Notes under the pieces: model-generated
Database searches by the model: none
The model's input: only the letters and a program-made list of their open reading frames with translations
What the model was told of the DNA's origin: nothing
Assembly: GCA_965649825.1 (NCBI GenBank)
Contig: OZ287706.1
Span: forward strand, 620,001-684,000
Direction of reading: 5' to 3'
Length of the DNA: 64,000 nucleotides
Source of the DNA: Penicillus capitatus
Taxonomy: Eukaryota; Plantae; Chlorophyta
In this document: positions 22,808-35,415 of the stretch, in pieces
Numbering within the stretch: the stretch's first letter is position 1
Layout: each line of letters opens with the position of its first letter
Program-made: the position numbers and the translations under genes

Positions 22808-24760
22808 ATGCAGATCGGACGCGTTGTCGCTCGGCGATGCCTTTCGGTCACTTTCGCCGTGGGAGCTCGTGAGATCTGAAGAGGCCACGCGATGTACGAC
22901 GCTGCTCTGGATAGAATCCAGCGATAGACGGCCACGTTTCATTTTCATCGTCGAAGCCATGTTTGGTTTCTCCGAGTCGATTCCGTTGAGCGTCATGGCC
23001 GACAGTTACAAGGCCACGCACTTCGAGCAGTACCCCGAGGCCACGAAGATGGTGGCGGTGCGCCGCCACACTCCATCTCGTTGCGTGCCGACGCGTTCTC
23101 CGTAGTACGGAGAATTCCGCACGGGATTCGACAACGACACGGAGGACACGCGCATCGTCGTGTTCGGCGTTCGGTTTCTCGTCGAGCAGGTCCTCAATCG
23201 AAAGTGGACGATGCGCGACGTCGAAGAGTCGGAAGAATTCTTCAAGTGATCGACGACTCTCGCGACCGAAGTAACTTCGGACGCAGGCAGCACAGGGCGC
23301 CGGACTACTTGAAGTTTCCCTTCCCCAAGGAGCTCTTCGAGAAGTTCATCCAGGAGAACGACGGCGAGAGCTGCTTGTCCGTCGAGACCATCCACTGACC
23401 TCCCATGCCTGCAGGCTACTTTCCTATCAAGTTTCAGGCCCTGGAGGACGGGACATGTACACACCCCCACGTCCCTGTCTATCAAGTGAGCCGCAGTCGT
23501 CTGTGTGGGCGAGGAAGGACTGCTTGCCCTTAGATTACGGCCGAAGGATGCTACGCGCCGCTGTGTACGTTTCTGGAGACGATGTTGACGATGATCTGGT
23601 ATCCAACAACCGTAGCGACCCTGTCGAGAAGGGCGAGGGACCTCATCGAGTCCTACTACGAGGAAACGGTCGATCCGGAAGCGAAGTACCTCATCGAGTC
23701 GAGTCTGCACGACTTCGGATTTCGTGGATGCACAACAACAGATCAGGCGATCGTGGGTGGCTGTGCGCATCTGCTCAATTTCACTGGCACAGACAACATG
23801 GCGGCGGCTTACTATGCTCAGGTACATCTTACGTGTAACCAAAGATGGTCTATGTTCTGAGGGCAGTTTCATTTGAATTTCGGCGAGCCGATTGGAAGTT
23901 CTATTCCTGCCACCGAACACAGTGTGATGACGGCTTGGGATTCAGAAGAATCTGCTATAATTAATGTGATCGAACGCTATGGCAATGGTCTTTTTGCATG
24001 TGTCCTGGACAGCTATGACTATACACATGCATTGGAGAGTGTTCTCCCCGCGATCGCTACCCACAAACTCGAGAAGAGAGGAATCATGGTTTTGAGACCG
24101 GACTCTGGAGATCCAGCCGAAACCGTTCTCCAGGCGAGACGCCCCTCAGGATCCGAGGTAGTCGCAGACCGTTTGATGCTTTAGGCATTGAAGGCTGCAG
24201 AGAAGGTCTTCGGATCAGAGGAGAATTCCATGGACTACCGTTTCCTGAGAAGATGCAGCGTGATCCAGGGAGATGGAATGTCGTTGAGCAAGATCAGAGA
24301 CGTCCTCGAGAAAATGACGGACGCGGGTTACACAGCACAGAACTGTGCCTTTGGAATGGGAGGCGGGCTGCTGCAGAAAGTCAATCGCGACACACTGTCC
24401 TTTGCCACTAAGCTCTCGCACATCAGATTCGCCGACGGCACGACGAAGGACATCATGAAGACGCCCAAGGGCGATTCGGGAAAGTTTTCTCTCCCGGGAG
24501 AACTGGCAGTGAGACTCATACACGACATCCCAACCGTCGTCCCGGCCCTTGGCGTGGGCCCCAGAGACAATCTGCTGCACACCTACTACGACTGCCGACC
24601 TCGGGAGGATATAAAATGGGAACGCTTCTCTGACATCCGCCGTCATGTGAACAGAGAATGGAGATATCTGCCGAGGAAACACGATCCGATCAGCAAGTCG
24701 TTGAAGACAAAGATCCAACAGCATATGGAACAGCAGCAGTCTGCCGATGCCACTGTTTAG
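22808..24760 (+). CDS. NAMPT: Nicotinamide phosphoribosyltransferase, copy B (ATG 22808 with a candidate targeting exon, or ATG 22959)
   Basis: Same motifs as copy A, including NFTGTDN with the Asp219 equivalent. Confidence 0.9.
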
Positions 24761-24787
24761 TTTAATTTCAGATCGTATCTTTCTTGT

Positions 24788-25481
24788 CTATTCCAAGAAG
24801 TATCCAGAAATGAAAAGGGCAAAGAAGAAAAGCAACGAGCCGTATATAATCAACTGTTTCTGCCCACCCGTCCACGAATTCGTCCCGAATCCGTATCCTT
24901 GGTTCACCGCGAATCCTGCCACCGTCTTCGCAGATGAACGGAATTTCTCTTTCGGGGCGCCACACAACGGACATCGGTAGTCATCCGGTGTATCCTACAC
25001 GTCGTCCATCACAGATCCCATCTCAGCAGGGGCGATGAAATGCTCGACTTCGAATCGCGTTCCGCGTGGAACGGGGAAATCTGGATCGCCCTTCGATGCA
25101 TCGTAGTTGTATCCGCAGCTGGAACAGGTGGCATTGCCTTCTCCAACGACCATAAACTTCTCGGCCTTGCGCAGCTCCTCTGCCCGTTCGATCTTGAGCT
25201 CCTCCTCCGATTTGTACTACACAGATGCAGGGTCTTGTGCATCGGATAACGACCAAGGGTGATTGGCTCACAACGAGCTCCTCGTCTCGCAGCTCAGGCT
25301 CAGCACGACACGTTAGGCGACGCGTCTCCCGCAGAGGTCGGCACTGAGACAATACAGGTGAGGGAGAAGCGCAGGAGAGAGGAGGCGACGTTCGCCAAAG
25401 GATGAGCACATCGGGTAGAGGTGGCTAAGGTGCTGCTGTACGCGAGCACCTTTCCGCGGCACTAGACAGCAGGGATGGCAT
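24788..25481 (-). CDS. RBD1: Thylakoid rubredoxin (RubA/RBD1); start approximate
   Basis: CSSCGYNYDASKGDPDFPVPRG...DYRCPLCGAPK...AGFAVNQGYGFG...LLFFALFISGYFLE*. Confidence 0.85.
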
Positions 25482-25610
25482 CCTCGAGGCCCGACGCTGC
25501 GACCGCTCACGTGATCCAGGCCCAAAGGCGAGACGAACATCGACCGCATCGCTGTTCGATTCGTCAGTATAGAATGCAGCTTAATGCCGCATCTCCTGTC
25601 GATTCCACCC

Positions 25611-26344
25611 ATGGCCGAGCTTCATGTGATCGGCGAGCTTTGTGGCGGAAATGGATTTGGCAAGAGGCCACTGTACTGTAAAGTGAGCCGTGCCCTGTGA
25701 GGATGGGCTGATACTATGTGGTCATGAAGTGGACGTTGGTCCATGGAGACTCGTGGGAAGTGATTGAAGGTGTGGCGGACGGTCAGACGCATGAAGATCT
25801 GCCTGGGTATAGAGACGAGGCGATCTGGGCCCATCCCATCGACGTGCATTATCTTGCACACAGTCTTACCGGGTGGCCCAAGATCGCCTTTCAGATCTGG
25901 TCCCGTACCTCTAACACACATCACCGTCTCTGTATACATCGTTGATGTGACGTGTGGCTATTTGATGTGACGTCTCTCTGTCTGTGCAAGGTGGATATGG
26001 ATTCTGTCATGTCCCGATGATCCCGGGACTCACTGAAGTGTCCTGTTCGACCTGGCTACCGGAAGGGACGTTGTGGGATCGACTACGTTACTATTGCACC
26101 GGCCGCTCACCCGTCATGGCATCTGACAGCGTCATTCACATACCTGGAGATCGCTATCGACTGCAGACGCGCAGTTCAGGATGTGTCCACTTGAGACTCG
26201 GTCTGTCGGTCTGTCGATCCATCGCGCTGCGCGTGATGTGACGTCGTCGTAGGCGTGTGGATGCAAGGATTTCGCGAGAACCATGTCGAAGTTCGACACG
26301 ACAATAGTCTTTCAGCACAGCTTCACCGAACGGTTTCACACTGA
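25611..26344 (+). CDS. B9D2: B9 domain-containing ciliary transition-zone protein
   Basis: MAELHVIGEL..., WAHPIDVHY...GWPK, GYGFCHVP motifs. Confidence 0.85.
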
Positions 26345-26914
26345 ATAGAAAAATCGAAGGAGTGCTCAATGGCTTCAGATGTTTTTTTTTGTTGGCTACT
26401 GTACGTGCCTCTTTGTGCTCCCAAATGGATCTTTGCGAAAAGACCGCTTTCAGAAACACGCTTATTAACCCCTCACTCTTTCCGCGACCCAAAAAATACG
26501 AACTAGCAGAGTCTGTGGAGAGGAAAAACGGAAACTCACAGGATTGACGAACCCACGAGAAGGACATGGTCCTTTTATCAGAGGAAAAAACCATTGGGGA
26601 TGAGAGTTGTCGTCTTCAACACACACACATGTAACGCACGCAAACCAGATACAACGCATTAAAGATGATAGGACGCTTATTTCTGCCGTTGTCGTTGCCA
26701 CTGTACACAAATCAAAGAATAAAGACATCGAGGAGGATAGGCATTTGTTCATTGCATGATGATTTTGTCCCGGACACCCAAAAAAGAAACCCGCCTTCCG
26801 TTCAAAAGTTTCCGAAACTCGCTACGTCGAAGCAACCAAGAATACAATAAATGTTCCGCAATCACATCACCAAATCATAGTCATGGAATATAGGTAAGCG
26901 AGAACGGTCTGATT

Positions 26915-26937
26915 CGATCGATCGATCGATCGATCGA
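26915..26937. repeat. (GATC)n microsatellite
   Basis: cgatcgatcgatcgatcgatcgat. Confidence 0.8.
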
Positions 26938-26999
26938 TTCGAACATTGGGTTGGGTGTTTGCTGCTCTCATTGCAACGTTACTGATAGCAGTGGTATCA

Positions 27000-29615
27000 T
27001 CAGTACTCAAGACTGACCAAGGACTTCAATGGAGCCAGAGAACGAATGCCATTGTCTGTCACGAACGGGCATTGTGCCAAACTCAAAATGGACAACTGAT
27101 GCAGTTTTGCCAAGTGTGCCACACCGACATCCGTAATTCGTGCACAACGGGCGAGGCGCAAACTGGTCAGTGAGGCACAGTTTCCAAGATGCACTAAACT
27201 TTGATCTGTGATATTTTGGCAACGATCGAAATGAGCGGTCAACAGACTCGCCAATCGAACCAGGTGACCCATTCCATAGTCCGTCACCAAGTCACAATAA
27301 TTCACTTTAAGCGTCGTCAAGCGAGGGAGCAACGACAGGACATACATCGACGTATCGCCCAACCGACTGCATCCCGTCACATCCACTCCCGTCAGGTTTG
27401 TCAAGTCTCGCAGGGCACCCATGCCAGGATCGGTGATCGAGACACAGCCGCACATGTCCAACTTTGCCAAGCTCTTAATCTTGCCAATATGAACCAGCGA
27501 TGCGTCTTGGAGGAAGAGACAGCCAGAGACGTTCAAGGTACTGAGAGGGAGTGCAGAGAACCCTTCGAAGCCATCTCCACGAAGTTCACGACATCCAGAC
27601 AGATCCAAGATCTTCAGTTTATGAAGCTTCTTCAGTTGGGCAATGCCCAAATCCGTCAGGCCGATACACTGAGAGAGGTTCAAGCTGGTGAGGGAAGGAA
27701 TCTCCGAGAGTGAGATGCATCCCTGATCATCCAATCGAAAGCAACCACTCATGGAGATGGTCTGCAGTTGCTTCATCGGCGTGAGATGTTTTAATCCATT
27801 GCCTGAGATTTTGGCACATTTGTTGAGTTGCAGGTGTTTGATGCTCTGAATACAGCCAATAACTTGCAGGGTCGAATCGCTGACATTGTTGCTTCCGGTG
27901 AGGTCCAGCGTGTCCAGTTCGTGCAATTTGAGTAAGGGACCGAGACCGGATCCGGCAAACTGCCACTCAAAGAAAGAGAGATTGAGGGTCTGGAGTTTTT
28001 TGAAACCGGACAGAGTGTACATGCCGTTATCCGTTAGGACATTGCCGACGTGCATGTCTCCCAAGGATAGTTTCTCGATTTCTCTGAGGGATGTTAATTC
28101 TTCCAGGACTTCATCGTTCATGTCGAGCCAGGGATTGTTGAGAAGGTTGAGCTCCTGGAGCTGCGTCAGTCGACCCAGATGCGCCATGGCATCGGCCGTC
28201 ACACGCGAACAGCCTCGTAAGGTCAGGGACACCAGATCCGCCAACTTTGAAAGCGCATAGACAGCGTCGTTGCTGATATCCAGCCACATCAGACAGAGGT
28301 GTCTCAGTTTTGGGAAGTTTTTGACGATGGACAGGATTCCAGCATCCGAGGTGCGTGTGTTCTGCAGCTGGACGCCTCCAATGCTCAAGCTTTTGAGATG
28401 TGACAGGCCATTCAATCTCTCCAGTGCGTCATCTGTCACACAGACTTTCGAGTATCCCGTGTTCAGTAGATTCAGTGTTTCCAAATCGAGAAAGTGTGCC
28501 AGTAACGCAATGCCTGCCTCGGTGATGAGTTGACAGCCGCTGATGTTGAGATTCTTCAGTTTCGGCTGAATCGTGAGGGCTTCGATTCCCAGATCCGTGA
28601 TCTTCAAACACCATGGCATTTCCAGCGACCTCAGGCTGGGATTCTGTGCCAGTTCATAGATTCCGCGATCTGTGACGCTCACACAGCCACTGATGTTCAC
28701 GTCCTGTAGCGCTGGCAGTGATTGGGCCAGTGCACGCAGTCCTTGATCCGTAATGTGAACACATTGTGCTAAATTGAGCGTCTTCATTTTTTTAAGACAT
28801 GTCAGCTGGTCCAAGCAGCGGTCGTTGATGGTGGATGCAATGAGATTGTGATGACGGCCGAGATTGACATCCGTCAAATGACTCAAGAAATTCAAGAAAA
28901 CCATACCGTCGGCCGTCACTTCGTCAACGCACTCGCTCAAATCCAGTTTCCTCAGAAGAGGAAAGTCCTTCATCAGGTATGCTGGATGGAACGCTTTTGG
29001 CTTCAGCTGTTCCAGACACTGCGTCGAGGAGTTATACCAATCTTTGCAGACGAGGCGTATGTTACAGGTATCTGACATTTTCAACTGACGTAGGATCAAT
29101 GTCATGACTGTGCCAGGGAGATGGCACCAATCGGCATCCTGACTGGATGAGAAACGACTTTGATTGTAAGGGCGCTTTTGAATCGCGACGTCCTCCACAT
29201 CGACTCTGCAGACAAGGCAGTATGCCTCGAAGGTGCTCTTGGGTAAGAATGGACGCTTACTTTGCGGTGGACCGTCGGCGTATCACCTTGTAGGTTAAGA
29301 CAGCCGCGGTGACAGTGACTGTCAAGGCAGCGGCAGAGAGGGTGCAGACAACAGAAAGAGAGGGTATCTAGACAGAGCGCACACAATGGCGAACATCGTC
29401 AGCGTCGCCTCGTCCACACAAAAACGACGCACTTGTAAAAACGTATCAGGACTTGGAAGATAGGGAAGGATATTTGCTCCGAGCGTGAACGTCAACACCA
29501 CGGAAGCGATGAAGAAACGATAGACGTTGGTTTCTCCGACAGATAAGAGCGTGTAGACGAGGAAGACAACGGTGACGCCGAACAAAACCACATTCTGTTG
29601 CTCGTTGTCCGTCAT
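27000..29615 (-). CDS. F-box/LRR-repeat protein with predicted N-terminal hydrophobic exons
   Basis: F-box-like WCHLPGTVMTLIL...RLVCKDW followed by about 20 LxLxxCxxITDxG repeats. Confidence 0.85.
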
Positions 29616-30157
29616 CGCCACGGTGGTCGTCGTCGTCGTTGTCGTTTTTTTTCACCAAAAGAACGCTGTTTGTGCTTCAAGGTCGTGCCGTCGCCGTTTG
29701 GCGAAAAAAACGAAGTTTTGCTGTGACAAAAGACTCGTCGACGGTGGACAGATGGACGCTTAAAATGCCGACTCGCCAAACTCTCCAACAGGCCGCGTCA
29801 GAGAGGCTCTGAGGATGGCGGGTCATGTCACCATCTTGACGATCAACCATCGAGGCAGCACCAAACCAAAGCCGTCCGCCTGACTCTTCTCTGCGAAGAA
29901 CGATGCGCGTCACTTCCATGCAGTGATTGGAAGGGTTTTTTCTGAACGAATGGACAACAGCGGCGCGGACGCGGCACCGCGCGGGGACGGAATTTGATGT
30001 GACGTCACTGACGATTCGACTGTCTTCCATCGGCATTCCTACCATGCTATGCAAAGTCTACTACTCCCAGTCCATCGCGTCAGCCATGACGCTATGATGG
30101 GACATGTATCATCGATCGCGTTTGCCAAGTTTAAAAGACAGGCTTTGTCTTGCGTCG

Positions 30158-31214
30158 ATGTCCGAAGACGGCGCCAAGCCCGAAGAGACCAATCCTTACG
30201 GCAGCTTGGACGCACAGATCGAGCAGCTCCTCAAATGCGTGCCGTTGTCAGAAGCGGACGTCAAGACGCTCTGCGAGAAAGCCCAAGAGATTCTCGCCGA
30301 GGAGTCGAACGTTCAGCCTGTTCGGTCGCCCGTCACTGTCTGTGGCGACATCCATGGACAGTTTCAAGACTTGCTTGAGCTCTTTCGTATTGGAGGCAGC
30401 TGCCCAGAAACGAATTACCTATTTATGGGCGACTACGTCGACAGAGGCTATCATTCCGTCGAAACAGCGACGCTGCTCGTCGCTCTCAAGGTCCGGTACA
30501 AAGACCGCATCACGATCTTGCGTGGCAATCACGAGAGCCGTCAAATTACTCAAGTGTAAGAAGCATTGAATGCCTTGCTGGAAGGTGATGTGACGTCCTG
30601 CAGTTATGGCTTCTATGATGAGTGCCTAAGAAAGTACGGAAACTCAAACGTATGGCGCTGCTTTACGGATTTGTTTGATTATTTGCCGCTGACGGGATTG
30701 GTCGAGACGCAAGTGTTCTGCCTCCATGGTGGCCTCTCACCAACTTTGGACACGTTGGATCACATTCGATCACTGGATCGTGTTCAGGAGGTACCGCACG
30801 AAGGTCCGATGTGTGATCTGCTCTGGTCGGATCCCGATGATCGCTGCGGCTGGGGCATTTCCCCCCGTGGAGCTGGATATACCTTCGGACAAGACATCTC
30901 TGAGCAATTCAATCACACCAATGAACTGACATTAATCTCCAGAGCCCATCAGCTCGTGATGGAGGGTTACAACTGGTGTCACGAAAAGAATGTGGTGACC
31001 ATTTTCAGCGCGCCAAACTACTGCTACCGTTGTGGTGCGCCCTGTCGTGGATCGATGGCGTAGGACTGCCTGCCGATGGCTGTTGTTTGTAGGAAACATG
31101 GCGGCGATCATGGAAACAGGGGAGAAGCTGGAGAAGAGTTTTCAGCAATTTGAACCGGCTCCTCGGCGGGGCGAACCGGAAATCACGAGACGAACACCCG
31201 ATTACTTCTTGTGA
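30158..31214 (+). CDS. PP2A-C: Ser/Thr protein phosphatase 2A catalytic subunit
   Basis: GDIHGQ, GDYVDRG, RGNHE motifs; C-terminal TPDYFL*. Confidence 0.95.
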
Positions 31215-31389
31215 CCCGATACAGTGTTTTGCATGTCATCCGCTGCGTCTGAAGAACATCCTCTGCTTCCTTTATCTGTCTGTTGCGTGTGAACGAAGAC
31301 GAGAGCCACGACTAAATGCTTCTGACCCGTACGGGCGATCTGAGAGCTGATGGAAATCTCGCTTGTGCGCTGCAGCAGCGTATCGAATC

Positions 31390-32077
31390 TTAGAATGGCC
31401 GCGGCTGGATCTGAGCGAAGTCCTGAAAGATTCGTGAGGTGTTAGAGAAATACAAGTGTAAGTCATAAATTTGCGTCGCGCATTTGTCCGTACCTGAAGG
31501 GAAATGCGCCCGTCTTGATCGGCGTCGAAGTGCTGAATGATCATCTCCACGTCTCCATCACTCACCTAGGCATCCACGTCACATCAACAATGCTGCCGCC
31601 TTTGCGTCGACAGGAGCCGCCACCTCGGTGAAGCTATCGCCGAAGACACAGGCAGAGAGGACATCTCGCAGGGCGCTTGCATCGATGAAGCCGTGGCCAT
31701 GAGGATCCAGAAGCTCAAACGCCATCTGTATGACATCCGATTCCTGTATAGCGATCGATGCATGCGATGGGATGGCATCGAGGGATCGACCGCCCAGCTG
31801 GTCGTTCGTCCTTTGTGGAGAATGCGTGTCAGATCATCAACGGTGAGGCTTTTAAGTGGAAAGAGTGACGGCAGATCCATGTCGTGCATTCCTCCCTCTG
31901 GAAACGCCTCCAGCAATCGCTCCACGTCTCGGCGTGTCACGGCATCTCTCCCTTCAACGAGAAACGCTTTTTGACGATCGAATACGTCGCGGGTGGACCG
32001 TTTGGGCAAAGAATTCTCCACGCATGCAAGATTTCGGATCGAAACGGATCGATGGGAGTTTCCTTCTCGGCGCTCAT
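31390..32077 (-). CDS. EF-hand calcium-binding protein
   Basis: AFELLDPHGHGFIDASAL and FDADQDGRISLQ loops. Confidence 0.7.
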
Positions 32078-32148
32078 CGCGATGCGATCGTCGTTGTGAT
32101 CGAGAGACCCACCCGTCCGTCCGTATGATGAGGCGTTTAATGCCGTAG

Positions 32149-34212
32149 ATGTCGGACGTCTGTTACGGCATTTCAGTAAACGTCGCCTGCGTTACGAGCA
32201 GAAGCGAAAAACGGCGCGGCAAACGCATTTTGGAGAAAGCTCTCTATCAGATTCGACGCCACGGCATCATCTCCTCCGTGTGGCACCGAGATGAAGAACG
32301 GAACGTGTTTCAAGGCGTGTGCAAGATACGGCAGGTACTGTACGTGCTCCACTTGAACGTCCAGTGCCTCATTGTGGTACTCTGTTGCCGTGCACACGTG
32401 CCGGCTCCCCTTTTCGTTTTGCTCAAAAAGCGGTGGCCTGTTTGGACGGTTATGCGATGATCCGAGGCGGCAGTGCTCGAGGACATGAACGTGTCTGTCT
32501 GTAGGCCCAGAGGCATGAATGCCAGTCTGTCGCTGTCTCTCCCCCACAGCGACCTATCCTTCGTCGAGAGCGACAGCGATGGCGAATGGTCTGCTCCATA
32601 CATGAGCAACGCTCTGGGTTGATTCATCGACGATGATGCATCGTAGGAGTGGCACCTCTCAGAGACAACGCGCACGACAGACGCATGTCCGAAAGAAACC
32701 AGATCCAGTGCCCAAATCTGAGCAAAAGAACACGAGCGAGCCATCTGCTGAAGCGAGCGATGACGTGAAGAGTGAGCGATTGAAGGCCATGCAGTCCGCG
32801 GCGGCCAAATCGATTTCACTCCTGTTCCAGACACAGACATGCGACACCGCTATGAAGGTCTGCGCGCGTTCCGACGTGGCATGTGTGAGCGATGTGCTTT
32901 GCAGCTTCTCTGGCTGTCCGTGTTTCACAGCATCGCCTCGCGTCCGGCGGAGTGGTTCGAATACTCGACGTTTCTCGCACCGGGCGTTGTGCCGGTCTAC
33001 TCGCTGTTGGCGCGAGGCAAGACGAAGGAGAAGATGCCACATCAGGTCCATGCGTTTGCCGATTTCTTGGAAAAGTGCAGAACACCGGCGACGATCTCCA
33101 TCCTGTTTCGACTGGTCAAGGCAGTGGGCAGCGTGGCGTTTCATCGACACGGCTGCGGTCAAGGGCCACGAGATGTTGCACTGGCTCAGATCGCCCCCGA
33201 TGTCGAAAGCATTCGCGATGCCTTGGCGTCGATGAACCCGTCGATCGAGGACCTCCACATGATGACGTGCAATCGCGTGCTGAACAACGTGGCGGAGTAC
33301 GCCGATCTGTACCGTTCCGTCATCCACGTCTTCCGTTGCACACTGGACGCGCAAGCATTGGAGTCCTCGCGTCGATTCTCGATTCGAGTGGACGATACCG
33401 ATGCCGAGATCATGCGCTACCTCGTCGCCTGCGATATTCTGGAGGTGCGCGCCGGGCGACGTCTTGTCGCAATGGGTAACGGACTGTGACAGGCACGGAC
33501 GGTTGAAGACGTCGAGCGTGTCTTTCGGCAGACGAGTCGTCGATTGCAGGACTCGCTAATCTGGATCCATCATTACCAGTTTGTTCCCGATCGGGCCATC
33601 AAGGATCATTGGACGCAGCTCGTGACGTGGACGAAGCGTCTCGAAGACGGTCATCCCGTTTTGCTGATTCGTCTCGGCGCCGCCATTCAAATCTGCGAAG
33701 GCGATAAAGCCGACGAATATGGACGCGCCATCGTCACTCAGGTCGAATCGATCATCATCATCGACGCACGCACACACGGCGCCACGCAACTGTAGATCGA
33801 TCGGGGCGTGCGCAAGCTGTTGAAGAACGACGGCATCGATACGCTCGTCACCATAGTCGACTGTCAAGGCGCCACCGCCGCTAACGTCGGTCGATTCACC
33901 ACTCTACTGCGAAGCGTGCCAGTCGTCCTCAACAAAGTACTCCAGCGATACGATCGTCGGATTTCCGTCTGAGTGATGCCGCTCTAGCATTACCCAGGTC
34001 GTCTGAAGTCGCTGCATATGGTGAATGTGCCTGGGTATGTCATCTGGCTCATTCAATTGGTCAAGCGATTCTTGCATCCGAGGACACGAGGGAAGATCTT
34101 TGTATACGGCCAAGATCTGAGCGTCTTGCCTCCTGAACTCCTCGACATTGTTCGCTGGAACGACGATCGAAATTCATCTCAGGCGGAAGGATCGTCACAG
34201 GTACAGCAATAA
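32149..34212 (+). CDS. CRAL-TRIO (Sec14-like) domain protein
   Basis: C-terminal TIVDCQG...HYPGRLKSLHMVNVPGYV...VKRFLHPRTRGKI. Confidence 0.75.
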
Positions 34213-34609
34213 TCGCCTGTCTTTACTGCCAACATGACCTGTCGTTATATCTCTCGAGAGGCCTCGCGTCTTTTCCATTGCTTCTTCGACGAGTGCCTCT
34301 TTTGCGCGTTTTCGACGTTATTGATCACTGTTGCGTTGAATTCCGCGGAATTGTCCTCGTCGTTCTGGGTTCCTGATCAGAGCTCTTGAACGAACGATCG
34401 CTTCTGTGCCGTAGAGATCGATTTCTTTCGAAATTTTGCCTTTGTTTTCCGTTCTATGCACATCGAATGTCTTCGAAACGTCGAACAAAGGCTGACACGA
34501 CGCCGTCCTCTCGATACTTGTGTGTGAGTGAGTAAGAAAATCTGACACCGTAGCCAACTGCTTCATGAGATGTCTCAAGCCAATGGTCCACGAGCATTTG
34601 CTCGCAAGA

Positions 34610-35040
34610 TGGACGCCGTATTCTCTTTGCCCATTCATTCCTTTATCTTTGTAATCGTACGGGCGCCGAGGTCCCGGAACCTCTCGACGATGATTTCTGT
34701 CTCCTGTGATGACGGCGTCGTTTGTTGTTGTCGTTTAGAGCGACCTTTCATCGACGCGTGAAGCACCGAGCTGCGAAATTGTGCCGGCCGTCACATCAGC
34801 CTCCTCTCTGGCATCTGCTCCCAGGTTCGCCAATACCTGTGCGTCGCTGATCTGATCGTGGGCCTCATGCGTTTCTTCAGTTCTCTGCATGACGATGACA
34901 ACGGCGATGATGCTCCGACGCCGCCATCGACATTCGCGCTCGAACAAGCCGTCATCCGCCACAGTATCTTAATTCTCTTCCTCTGGACCATCGTCTTCAA
35001 TATCTGGAACCTCTTCGCTGAGAACCTGTCGTACGAATGA
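34610..35040 (+). CDS. Small hypothetical protein with C-terminal TM helix
   Basis: Short exons ending ...RHSILILFLWTIVFNIWNLFAENLSYE*; 5' structure uncertain. Confidence 0.35.
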
Positions 35041-35415
35041 CATATCTCGAAAACACATATGCAATAGCTCTCTCTGACGCTGATGATGATCTCGCGCCCT
35101 CGCCCGATCGCAACGAAGGCGTCGACGCACGAATCGCTCTCTGCTATTAACGATGGCGTTGTGCTGCTGCCTGGGGGTGTCGTGAGTCGTTATGGTGATT
35201 CGACGGGAGGAGATCTGTGGAGCTCGGTGGTTTGCGCTTTTCTGTGTGACGACTTTGTCGACGCGGGTCCTTTGTCGTACCGTTGTGTACCTTCCAGCTC
35301 AGCCGTCGCATCATGTCCAAGAGAGCTGCGGTTTCCTGTTCTGTGTTCTCGGCATCGCGACAGCGGCGCGCGCTTTCATTTTTCCCACGGCGACGCACGT
35401 CGCGTCACAACATCG

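Noticed and set aside
24747-24980. Small plus-strand ORF after NAMPT-B
   Set aside because: It is the antisense of the rubredoxin last exon.
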